64,000 nucleotides of DNA, taken from positions 7,502 through 71,501 of the forward strand of contig JBNMPD010000001.1 of NCBI GenBank assembly GCA_051276225.1. Reading direction: 5' to 3'. The notes beneath the pieces were generated by a model. That model searched no databases, was not told where the DNA came from, and worked only from the letters and a program-made list of their open reading frames with translations. Origin of the DNA: Flavobacteriales bacterium (GTDB taxonomy: Bacteria > Pseudomonadota > Gammaproteobacteria > Enterobacterales > Alteromonadaceae). Below, in pieces: positions 38,004 through 47,420 of this stretch. Numbering within the stretch: position 1 is the first letter of the stretch; the number at the start of each line of letters is the position of its first letter. A program made the translations under genes and the position numbers.

Positions 38004-38723
38004 ATGACTCCAACAACTATGATTAAGACAAACGGTGTAAGTAAAACAGTTACTACGACTCAAGGTCAACTCCAGATCCTCAAGCCAATTAGCTTTGAAG
38101 TCAAGGCGGGTGAGTCGATTGCCATAGTTGGCGCGTCAGGCTCAGGAAAATCGACTTTGCTTAGTCTGTTAGCAGGACTCGATGAGGTCAGCGAAGGAGA
38201 AATATACATTGATGGCCAAGCCATGCAAAACATGGACGAAGAACAGCGTGCTCAGCTTAGAGGCGCAAAAGTTGGCTTTATTTTTCAAAGTTTTATGTTG
38301 GTACAAAGCTTAACGGCCTTAGAAAATATTATGTTACCCGCTGAGATTGCTGGCCATGACGATGCGAAAAAAAGAGCCTTGGATATTCTAGAACTGGTGG
38401 GACTTGATCATAGAGGCAGTCATTACCCCAATCAATTATCTGGTGGAGAACAACAACGTGTGGCAATAGCACGAGCGTTTATTTCTGAGCCAAAAATTTT
38501 ATTTGCAGATGAGCCCACTGGTAATTTAGATGCTGCTAACAGTGACAAAATTGAAAAGTTATTGTTCGAGTTAAATCAAAACTCTAATACTACGTTAGTA
38601 TTAGTGACTCATGATCCTGTGCTGGCAGGCAAGTGTCAGCGTCAATTACATATGCAAGCGGGTGAGCTAACAGAAGTTTTTTCAAATACATCTATTGAGC
38701 AAGCTGCTCGACAAGTCGGTTAG
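38004..38723 (+). CDS. ybbA: ABC transporter ATP-binding protein
   Basis: [31 protein letters not shown]. Confidence 0.9.
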   Translation: MTPTTMIKTNGVSKTVTTTQGQLQILKPISFEVKAGESIAIVGASGSGKSTLLSLLAGLDEVSEGEIYIDGQAMQNMDEEQRAQLRGAKVGFIFQSFMLVQSLTALENIMLPAEIAGHDDAKKRALDILELVGLDHRGSHYPNQLSGGEQQRVAIARAFISEPKILFADEPTGNLDAANSDKIEKLLFELNQNSNTTLVLVTHDPVLAGKCQRQLHMQAGELTEVFSNTSIEQAARQVG

Positions 38724-38727
38724 TGAT

Positions 38728-41262
38728 ATGACTAATCATACTTTGAGTTTAGCCTGGCGACTATTTCGTCATGAGACTAAGCGAGGCGAGTTAACCATTA
38801 TATTAATGGCGATAATTTTATCAGTTGCGTCTGTTCTGTCACTTTCTTTATTCAGTGAACGGCTTGAATATGCTTTAACTGAAAAAAGTGCCGAGTTTAT
38901 TGCTGCAGATAGAGTACTTGAGTCAAACAACCCTATTGATCCTGCTTGGATTAAAAAAGCCCAACTGATGGGTTTAGACACGGCTCATCAAACCTATGCC
39001 CGCTCTATGGTTTTTGCTAATGAACAAATGGACTTGGTAGATTTGAGAGCGGCAGATATAGGTTATCCTCTAAAAGGCACAGTCAAAGTAGCTGAAAAGC
39101 CGTTTGTTCAAGGTATCGCTATAAATCGTCTGCCTGCTTCAGGAGAGGCTTGGATTGAATCACAATTGTTTCAAACATTGGCGATTAACGTTGGCGATAA
39201 TATTGAAGTAGGTGACATGATATTTAAGGTCAGCAAAGTGTTGACTGAAGTCCCTGACGCTGGTTTTAGTGTATTTGGTGGTGATCCTAAAGTCTTGATT
39301 TCAAAAGTAGACCTAGCTGCAACAAAAGTTGAAGGTCCTGGTAGTAGGATTGACTATAGCTATTTTTTTACGGGCGATAGTGGTGATTTAGATGATTATT
39401 ACGATTGGCTTGAGCCACAACTTGACCGTGAGATTCATGATTGGGATTCTATCGAAGACGACGAATCTGGTATTGGTCGAGCAGTGGGAAGGGCTGGGCA
39501 GTATTTTTTATTAGCGAGTTTGTTGGCGATTGTATTGGCCGCCGTTTCTATAGCAGTGGCGGCGCAGCGTTATAGTATGCGTCATTACGACCCAGTCGCG
39601 ATTATGAAAACCCTAGGTGCACCGAAAAAAATGGTGCAACACATTTATTTATTACAGATTTTGTTTATTACCGCACTGGGTATCACCATTGGCGTAATTT
39701 TGGGCTTTATTATACAGCAGTTAGTAGTTGCGGCTATTGCTGGCAAAGTTGACGTTTCGCTAGACGTGTGGCATTGGCGACCACTTATTATTTCTGTTTT
39801 TACTGGTACTGTGTGTGCGGTATTATTTTCATTATATCCTCTACTGAAACTATTTTCGGTATCTCCACTGCGGGTGTTACGCCGCGATTTAGGTGCAAAT
39901 TTAAGCTCTAGGTTGATCCAGTTTGTGGCATCAGGCGGTGCTATATTTTTGTTGATGTGGGCATATAGTCAAAATATTAAAGTGAGCGCTATCCTGTTTA
40001 TTTCTGGCATTATTTTGGTAGTCAGTTTGTTAGGTGTTACCTATGGTTTAATTTGGGTGGGGCGTAAACTCGGCCAAGGTAAAATGGGTGCTTGGCAGTT
40101 AGCTTGGGCAAGAATTCATCGCCGAGCAATGGATAATAGTGTGCAGTTGATAAGTTTTGCTGTGACTATTATGTTGCTATTGATTGTCTTGGTCATGCGT
40201 AACGACATGGTACAACAATGGCAAAACCAGTTACCTCAAGGTACTCCTAATTATTTTTTAGTAAACATCAGTCAAGCACAACAACCTGATCTGCAACAAC
40301 ACTTCATCACTAATCAAGTTGTGATTGATAAATTTTATCCTGTTGTTCGTGGCCGATTTGTTGCTGTTAATGATGAGAAGGTTCGCACTGCGGTTTCCAA
40401 AGAAGATCCAAACGAACAAAGCAATGGCCGCGATGGGCTAGGCAGAGAAGCGAATTTAACTTGGAGCAGCAGGTTGCAAAAGGGCAGCGAGGTTATTGCT
40501 GGCAAATGGCTGGGCGAAAACAATAATAGTGATACCGCAGCTCAAAGACCTCACGAAGTGTCTATTGAAGAGGGTATTGCTGAGCGAATGCGTCTTGGCT
40601 TAGATGACACATTGACCTTTAATATCGGTAGTGAAATTGTCGAACTTAAGGTTACCAGCATAAGGAAAGTTAACTGGCAGTCTATGCAGCCGAACTTTTT
40701 CTTTGTCATCGAACCTCGTGCGCTGAAGAGTTTTATTCCCACTTATATTTCTAGCTTTAATTTACCGACTGAACGCAAATCCGATATCACTCAATTGATG
40801 CAGCCTTTTGCTAATGTCACCTTGATTGATGTTGATGCGCGAATTACACAGTTGCGGAATATTGTTGACCAAGTTTCGATGGCAGTAGAGTTTATTCTGA
40901 TATTGGTCTTAGCTGCAGGCGCACTGGTATTGATTGCTCAAGTTCAGGCTAGTATGGATGAACGTCAACAAGAATTAGCTATCCTGCGCACGCTTGGTGC
41001 TAAGGGCAGACTGATAAGAGCCAGTGTGGTGTTTGAGTTTATCATTATTGGATTGGTGGCAGGTGCTATGGCTGCGGCGGCCAATGAATTCAGTTTGTAT
41101 ATGTTGCAGACTCAAATATTCCAAATGCCAGCCAGCTTGCATTTAGAGTATTGGATTATTGCGCCAGTAGCGGGTGCGTTGGTGGTGGGAGTACTTGGTG
41201 CTTTAGGTTGCTGGCGTTTGCTGTCACTGAACACCAGTCAATTATTACGTCAGATGGTTTAG
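38728..41262 (+). CDS. ybbP: FtsX-like ABC transporter permease
   Basis: Two FtsX-type halves; PNYFLVNI, VNWQSMQPNFF, LRTLGA. Confidence 0.9.
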   Translation: MTNHTLSLAWRLFRHETKRGELTIILMAIILSVASVLSLSLFSERLEYALTEKSAEFIAADRVLESNNPIDPAWIKKAQLMGLDTAHQTYARSMVFANEQMDLVDLRAADIGYPLKGTVKVAEKPFVQGIAINRLPASGEAWIESQLFQTLAINVGDNIEVGDMIFKVSKVLTEVPDAGFSVFGGDPKVLISKVDLAATKVEGPGSRIDYSYFFTGDSGDLDDYYDWLEPQLDREIHDWDSIEDDESGIGRAVGRAGQYFLLASLLAIVLAAVSIAVAAQRYSMRHYDPVAIMKTLGAPKKMVQHIYLLQILFITALGITIGVILGFIIQQLVVAAIAGKVDVSLDVWHWRPLIISVFTGTVCAVLFSLYPLLKLFSVSPLRVLRRDLGANLSSRLIQFVASGGAIFLLMWAYSQNIKVSAILFISGIILVVSLLGVTYGLIWVGRKLGQGKMGAWQLAWARIHRRAMDNSVQLISFAVTIMLLLIVLVMRNDMVQQWQNQLPQGTPNYFLVNISQAQQPDLQQHFITNQVVIDKFYPVVRGRFVAVNDEKVRTAVSKEDPNEQSNGRDGLGREANLTWSSRLQKGSEVIAGKWLGENNNSDTAAQRPHEVSIEEGIAERMRLGLDDTLTFNIGSEIVELKVTSIRKVNWQSMQPNFFFVIEPRALKSFIPTYISSFNLPTERKSDITQLMQPFANVTLIDVDARITQLRNIVDQVSMAVEFILILVLAAGALVLIAQVQASMDERQQELAILRTLGAKGRLIRASVVFEFIIIGLVAGAMAAAANEFSLYMLQTQIFQMPASLHLEYWIIAPVAGALVVGVLGALGCWRLLSLNTSQLLRQMV

Positions 41263-41329
41263 ATATTTAGAAAGCTGATACCTTGTGTATCAACTTTCTT
41301 GGATTGGTTATTTGAACAAAATCATTTAG

Positions 41330-42223
41330 CTATTTACGTAAACAGTTTAAAGCTTGAGATATTTCTGGATAAATAAATTCATAACCACTTTCTTGTAACC
41401 GTTTAGGCACAACTCTTTGACCATATAAAACTAGATCACCCATTTCTCCCATCATCATTCTGAGCACAAATTCAGGTACTTTAAATAGACAAGGGCGAGA
41501 CAAGGCTGAAGCAAGTTCTCGACTAAATTCTCCATTAGTAACAGGATTAGGTGCAGTAAAATTATAAACACCTTCACAGCCTTCATTAGCAATTAAATGA
41601 GCGATACCTCTGAGCATGTCTTCAAGATGTATCCATGACATATATTGAGTGCCATCACCAATTGGCCCGCCTAAACCTAGTTTGAACGGCAACAGCATTT
41701 TTTGTAATGCACCGCCTCTTTTGGTGATAACTACACCCGTACGTAAAATACACACTCGAGTTTTATCTGATTGTGCTTTTTTGGCTAAAAATTCCCAACG
41801 TTCGCAAAGTTGGTGACTAAACTCATCATGGGGAGTTGAAAAATTTTCATCAATAACTTGGTCTTGCTGACGGCCATAAAAGCCTATTGCTGATCCACTT
41901 ATCAATAACTCAGGTGGCTTATCACCTGCGTTGATAAGTGCCACTATTTCTTCAGTGATTGACCAGCGACTGTGTTCAATTTTTCGTTTTTGTGCCTCAG
42001 TCCATTTCTTGGATACGATGGGTTCACCGGCTAAATTAATTACCACATCATATTCATCTAAATTATCAAGATGTGTGAGTGTCGATAGAAAGTGTATTTT
42101 GTGTCCCAGTATTTGCTCAGCCATGGCCACATTACGGGTATAAACTGCTACGTCGCAAGGACGTAAGATAGGAATAAGGTTAGAGCCAATTAAGCCTGAC
42201 CCACCGGTAATAAGTATTTTCAT
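41330..42223 (-). CDS. yfcH: TIGR01777 family NAD-dependent epimerase
   Basis: ITGGSGLIG, INLAGEPI, SGSAIGFYG, SWIH, GQRVVP. Confidence 0.92.
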   Translation of the reverse strand: MKILITGGSGLIGSNLIPILRPCDVAVYTRNVAMAEQILGHKIHFLSTLTHLDNLDEYDVVINLAGEPIVSKKWTEAQKRKIEHSRWSITEEIVALINAGDKPPELLISGSAIGFYGRQQDQVIDENFSTPHDEFSHQLCERWEFLAKKAQSDKTRVCILRTGVVITKRGGALQKMLLPFKLGLGGPIGDGTQYMSWIHLEDMLRGIAHLIANEGCEGVYNFTAPNPVTNGEFSRELASALSRPCLFKVPEFVLRMMMGEMGDLVLYGQRVVPKRLQESGYEFIYPEISQALNCLRK

Positions 42224-42247
42224 AATGCCCTCAGAATAACGTTTGTA

Positions 42248-42616
42248 TTACTCGTTTTTGTTACATGACAAACATAAAGAAACAGAATCAGCGAAACGTA
42301 AGGCGTGGGGTTTATCCACTTCTGCTTCAGCATAATTTACCCAAGGGTGTTCTGCCGCAATGGCGAGTACATCAGCAGTGAGTTTTTCAAGTAGAGAAAA
42401 TCGGTTGTTTTCAACTAAGTTAATAATTCTCTTGGTAATGGTTTTGTAATTCAGGGCATCGTCCATTTCATCTGAATCTGTGGCTTGGTCTGCGCAATAA
42501 TGCATTTTTACGTTAATAACCACATCTTGCATATTAACAATCTCGTCATCGTTAACACCAATATAAGTGCGTAAACGTAAATTTTTTATCCTAATGGTGG
42601 CTGGGTTTAACTTCAT
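42248..42616 (-). CDS. folX: Dihydroneopterin triphosphate 2'-epimerase
   Basis: [43 protein letters not shown]. Confidence 0.94.
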   Translation of the reverse strand: MKLNPATIRIKNLRLRTYIGVNDDEIVNMQDVVINVKMHYCADQATDSDEMDDALNYKTITKRIINLVENNRFSLLEKLTADVLAIAAEHPWVNYAEAEVDKPHALRFADSVSLCLSCNKNE

Positions 42617-42718
42617 ACTTGTCCCTAGGGTCGGTTAAGCTTTATTTTATGTTATGCGCTATAAAATACCATACAGATCTGCTAGTTTGCTCACAAGCTA
42701 TTCATTAAGAAACTTCAT

Positions 42719-43789
42719 ATGCAAATTAAATCTCAGGGTTCCGTCAAGATATTAGTGATCATGGCATCGATAGTCATAATACTAGCTGGAGTAAAAGCCG
42801 CAACTACTATAGTGGTGCCGTTTTTATTATCTGTTTTTATTGCTATGGCTTGTAGCCCAATTATTACGTGGGCAAACCAGCATAAATTACCGAGGGCCAT
42901 AGCTGTAATTTTAGTAATACTGATTATAGTAGTATTTGGATTGATTTTGGCTGGACTAGTTGGCCAGTCAATGAATGAATTTAGCTTAAACATACCAAAA
43001 TATAGAGAGCAATTGGTCGGTGAGTTTGCGTGGATTATTGGTCAGTTAGATACTTTTAATATCAGTGTAGACAAACAACAACTGTTATCATATTTTGACC
43101 CAGGTGCGGCCATGAATATGGCGACCAACTTGTTGTCAAGCTTAGGTGGTGTGTTAACTGATTTTTTATTAATTTTGCTAATCGTGGTATTTATGTTGTT
43201 TGAAGCAGAATCAGTACCCAAAAAAATTCATATTGCGCTCGATGATCCCAGCATGAAGATACAACAGATTGACAAGTTTTTAGTCTCTGTAAAAAATTAT
43301 TTAGCGATTAAAACGCTAGTTAGTCTGGGTACAGGCGTGATCATTGGGTTGTGGTTATATTTCCTTGGTGTTGATCACTTCTTGTTATGGGCAGTACTAG
43401 CGTTTTTACTAAATTATATCCCTAATATTGGTTCTATTATTGCCGCCGTACCTGCAGTGTTGTTAGCTTTTGTACAACTAGGTGCTGCAACAGCAGGGTT
43501 TACGGCTTTGGGTTTTGTTGTATCAAATATGGTGATGGGTAATGTAGTTGAACCCCGCTATATGGGGCGTGGATTAGGTTTATCTACCTTAGTCGTCTTT
43601 TTATCCTTAATTTTCTGGGGATGGTTGTTAGGCACTGTAGGCATGTTGTTATCTGTACCTCTTACTATGATCGTTAAAATAGCCTTAGAGTCTAGTCCAG
43701 ATACTCGCTGGGTAGCGTTATTATTAGCTAGCGATAGTGACGACACTGCGAGTAACGAAGGTGAAGTTTTGGCCGTAGAAGAAAAGTAG
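42719..43789 (+). CDS. AI-2E family transporter
   Basis: LNYIPNIGSIIAA, EPRYMGRGLGLS, GMLLSVPLT. Confidence 0.92.
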   Translation: MQIKSQGSVKILVIMASIVIILAGVKAATTIVVPFLLSVFIAMACSPIITWANQHKLPRAIAVILVILIIVVFGLILAGLVGQSMNEFSLNIPKYREQLVGEFAWIIGQLDTFNISVDKQQLLSYFDPGAAMNMATNLLSSLGGVLTDFLLILLIVVFMLFEAESVPKKIHIALDDPSMKIQQIDKFLVSVKNYLAIKTLVSLGTGVIIGLWLYFLGVDHFLLWAVLAFLLNYIPNIGSIIAAVPAVLLAFVQLGAATAGFTALGFVVSNMVMGNVVEPRYMGRGLGLSTLVVFLSLIFWGWLLGTVGMLLSVPLTMIVKIALESSPDTRWVALLLASDSDDTASNEGEVLAVEEK

Positions 43790-44178
43790 TCATTTTTTTG
43801 AATAACCATGAATTTCTCTCTTAAATAAACAGATAAACCTAACTTGCAGCGGTTAATTATTAGCATATTTATTTATAAAAAATTTATAGATAAAGTTGTA
43901 TTTTTGAGGATGAAGCGTCTAGATATTTAATGAAAAATCATCCCAATAATATATGTAAAAAATTTAATTCTGATTAGTTCACTAGTCAGAAGCTACTCAC
44001 GCTGCAACTACAGAGCAAAAGTGATCGATGAATTATCAGGAATCAACAGCAAACTGATTGAACATCGATGATAATGGTTTTCAGAACAACTAAACTTTTC
44101 GATTAATGATCATGGATGTTCTGCTAAGTCTTTAATAAAACATTTGGACTCAATTAGTTATTAATGATTTTTACATAT

Positions 44179-44593
44179 TTAAGGGAGTGTTTTTTCTGCA
44201 CCCGTTTCATTCTTGATGTCCTCATCTGCTGCAGCCATAATATCTTCGTCACTTTTTGTCGCAACTGAGTGGTTTTGATATTTTATTTGTTGCTCCCGAT
44301 ATTCCGCTTTGATATTGGAAGTCCATCTAGAAAATTGAGAAAAATAAATGGTATTTTGTCAGTTTTGAAAGTTATAAATAAGGTGATCTAAAGCAATTAA
44401 GTCCTTAAATTCAGGCCTAAAGATATTGCCGCTTTGTTTGTCTATCTTTGAAAGAGAAGTGTAATAAATTGAAACACAGCCACTAAGCTTACAATTAATT
44501 TTGACACTCCCGAAATTATGGCAAAAACATACATGAATAAACCTTGCTTCTAGATACCCAGATTAGTTAATTTTTCTTTGGTTTTTCGTCCAT
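44179..44593 (-). pseudogene. DUF4389 family membrane protein pseudogene
   Basis: After a frameshift near the start: KEKLTNLGI*KQGLFMYVFAIISGVSKLIVSLVAVFQFITLLFQR*TNKAAISLGLNLRT*LL*ITLFITFKTDKIPF, then an acidic tail in another frame. Confidence 0.8.
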
Positions 44594-45013
44594 TTTATTT
44601 TCTTAAAATATTATTGTAAGTTGTAGGTTTCATTTAGAGGTTAATAAGTATGAAGTTAAAAATATTTTAAAAGTCAATTGGTTAGAGTCATAGCTTGATT
44701 GTGGGGTAAATAAAGTATACGTTTTTATATTTATCCCCAGATAGATAAACAGTCATTAAATATAACATGCAGGTTCAAAATTAACATGGGCAATGTTAGA
44801 TAAAATATGAGCGATTACCCTTGGTAGAAAATGTTTTATTTTGGTTGTCTTAGTATGAAATTGGCAACGACAATTTTAAAAATTCAGTTGCTCTGAAATG
44901 TAGTTATGTCCCAACCAAAGTAAGTTATGAAGTAAAGTTGTCGCAATGACATTATCAGCTGCCAAAACAATTTTTTCACCAACCTACATTAACAATGTAG
45001 ATAAAAAGACAAT

Positions 45014-45036
45014 ATTGTATCAATGATTGATACAAT
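45014..45036. promoter_or_regulatory. Perfect palindrome upstream of the LysR gene (probable operator)
   Basis: ATTGTATCAAT-G-ATTGATACAAT. Confidence 0.65.
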
Positions 45037-45076
45037 TGCTGCCTAAGTGTGTTTTTCGAATTAATAGGTACGGTTT

Positions 45077-45988
45077 ATGGATATTTCATTTGAACAGCTC
45101 AAGAGTATGGTTGTTTTTGCTCAAGTCATTGAACAAGGCAGCCTGAGTGCCGCCGCTAAGCATTTAGGGTTATCTAGAGCTGTTGTGAGTTATCACTTAA
45201 AAAAACTTGAAGCACAGCTCGAAGTAAAACTTCTAAACCGTTCTACGCGCTCGATAAACCTTACCGAAGCAGGTCAAGCCTATTATGAACGCTGTCGCGT
45301 TATCGCGGAGCAAGCAAGTGCAGCAAATCAGCAAATTGAAAATTTTAAAAATGAGCCTGTCGGATTGCTTAAAATTACTTGCCCTGTAAATGTCGGGCTG
45401 CAGACCGTTGTACCTGCACTTAATGAATTTAAGAAAATCTACCCTAAAATAGAGTTGGATGTAATGCTCACTGATGAAGTTGTCAATATTATGAAAGAAG
45501 GAATTGATTTGGCAATTCGTGGTGCGCCTTTGCCTGACTCAGGTTTACAAGCTACTAAACTTGCCACCTTGCAAACCTGTCTTTGTGGCGCCCCTGAATA
45601 TTTTCTTCAATATGGTCGCCCAAAAAATCCAGCTGATCTGAGTAATCACCAATGGGTGATTTACAAATTAACTTCAGGTGTAGTCACCTTAACTAAAGGT
45701 AGTCGTTCGTTTAGCGTCACCACTAAAGGAAGTATTAGTACTAATAATGCAGCCGCCCGTACCGCGTTTGTTGAAGCGGGACACGGTCTAGGTCGTATTC
45801 CAACTTATGATGCTTGGCCAAAAATAAAAGCAGGTACTTTAGAGATTGTGCTTGATGATTACACGCTACGTGATATCAATGTTTACGGTGTATTCCCTCC
45901 TGGTACCGCAAAGTCTAAAAAACTCAGATTACTACTTAATTTTTTGAAAGAATATTTTAGTAGTCAAATTAATCCTAAAATTTCTTAG
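45077..45988 (+). CDS. LysR regulator (CrgA/DmlR-like)
   Basis: GSLSAAAKHLG, LLNRSTRSINLTEAG, EGIDLAIR. Confidence 0.92.
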   Translation: MDISFEQLKSMVVFAQVIEQGSLSAAAKHLGLSRAVVSYHLKKLEAQLEVKLLNRSTRSINLTEAGQAYYERCRVIAEQASAANQQIENFKNEPVGLLKITCPVNVGLQTVVPALNEFKKIYPKIELDVMLTDEVVNIMKEGIDLAIRGAPLPDSGLQATKLATLQTCLCGAPEYFLQYGRPKNPADLSNHQWVIYKLTSGVVTLTKGSRSFSVTTKGSISTNNAAARTAFVEAGHGLGRIPTYDAWPKIKAGTLEIVLDDYTLRDINVYGVFPPGTAKSKKLRLLLNFLKEYFSSQINPKIS

Positions 45989-46405
45989 ATAAATATTTGT
46001 CTTTGCTCACAGTGAATAATTCATTACTGGTCTTATGCTCTATCAGTCAATAGTGTTTTTAATATCTCGTCATCTGTTTGAGAAAGACGCTATTTAAAGA
46101 GCCTTCTTAATGTAACTTATCAAATGTTAAAAGCTTAAATACATGCTTGGATATGTCATGAGGGCTACGTTTGAAAAAATTTGCAGATAATTTCAATTTC
46201 GCTGGGCGAGAGTGATGTCAGACTTAGGAAATTCACTGATTTTTCTTAATAATCTCGTTCTGAGACTTATGCAGTAAAAAATATTTGTCTAGGTTTTTAC
46301 GGACCTGTTTCTATCCCATCGACTTTAAGTATTTAGGCATAGTCAAAACCGATAAGCATGTGTAAAACATACAATATAAAATAAGGTAATTAAGATTTAT
46401 TGATC

Positions 46406-47131
46406 CTATGTTACTTTTGTTTTTGGTTTGGATTTTGATAGTTCTGGGTGTGTTGATAATTTTTCAGCTTTTAGAATACGGTAAAAACTCGAAGCCGAAC
46501 CAATGAAGCGTCCTTCACTTGCCAGCTTTGTCACAATCTTGCATGGTGTCATGTTGACGTGCTCAGCGTCGTTAACGACTTTTAATATGAGTTGACGTTC
46601 TGCCCTAGATAGCTTGTTTTTTGGTATATGAGTTGAGTCTAAGCGACCATCATTTTTGTTTTTAGGTAACTCCCAACGCTGCAGCGTTCGTTTACTAATA
46701 CCGATTATGTCACAGGCTTCTGATTGCCTAGCACCATTTTTTCTTGCTTCGTTAACCAAGTCTGCAAGTTTATTACGCTCATCAGTCATGGTGAGTCGAC
46801 CACGTCGCTGATTCAAATCGGGTAAACTTTTTTTTTGGCGTGCTAACAAGCCTATTCTTTCAGCTAGGAGTTTGTCTTTACGTTTTATTTCTTTTTTTAA
46901 AAGTTTATTTTCTTGTTTGAGCGTTTTCATTCCAGAGTTAATGGCAGTATTGCTGTTTGCTTTGATGCAGCCTCTAAAATTATTTTGCCATTGTTTAACA
47001 TGCAGAGGCTCAATACCTTCATTGCGGCAAAAACTAATTATGGCATTTTCATCTAATGAGTCGCAGGCAATCACTACTTGGATCTTTTCTTCAGAGGTCC
47101 AGTCTTGGAGGCTTATTTTTTTGTTCATCAT
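46406..47131 (-). mobile_element. IS3-family-derived ORF: in-frame OrfA/OrfB fusion lacking the DDE (rve) domain
   Basis: OrfA-like QDWTSEEK...HVKQW...LKQENKLLKKEIKRKDK fused via A9G to OrfB-like GARQSEACDIIGISKRTLQRW...PKNKLS...SASSFYRILK; stops before the integrase core. Confidence 0.8.
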
Positions 47132-47265
47132 TTAAATGTAATTCCCCGAGTTTAATACTGGTCATAATCCTAAGTTTCAAGCATCAACAACACACTTTCT
47201 GGCGTTTCATATCTCACTATTAAAACTTTATAATTAATAAGTTCATTAATCAAATCGATTTGTTC

Positions 47266-47420
47266 TTATTTTTTAGCCAAAATTATTTGGACTTTTTTCT
47301 GCAAAGTTAACAGAGCCGCTGTTTCAGTCAGTGCTTTATCTTTACGATTTAACTCTTTTTTTAGCAATTTATTTTCTTGTTTAAGAATTTTTATTTCAAA
47401 AGTATTTATAATTGGAATAT
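47266..47420 (-). pseudogene. Second IS3 OrfA C-terminal (leucine zipper) fragment
   Basis: KILKQENKLLKKELNRKDKALTETAALLTLQKKVQ with a canonical A6G motif (T6 at 47293-47298); no ATG start in frame. Confidence 0.78.

Noticed and set aside
47140-47215. Left terminal inverted repeat of the IS3 relic
   Set aside because: No matching right-end repeat or target duplication was found, so element boundaries cannot be defined.
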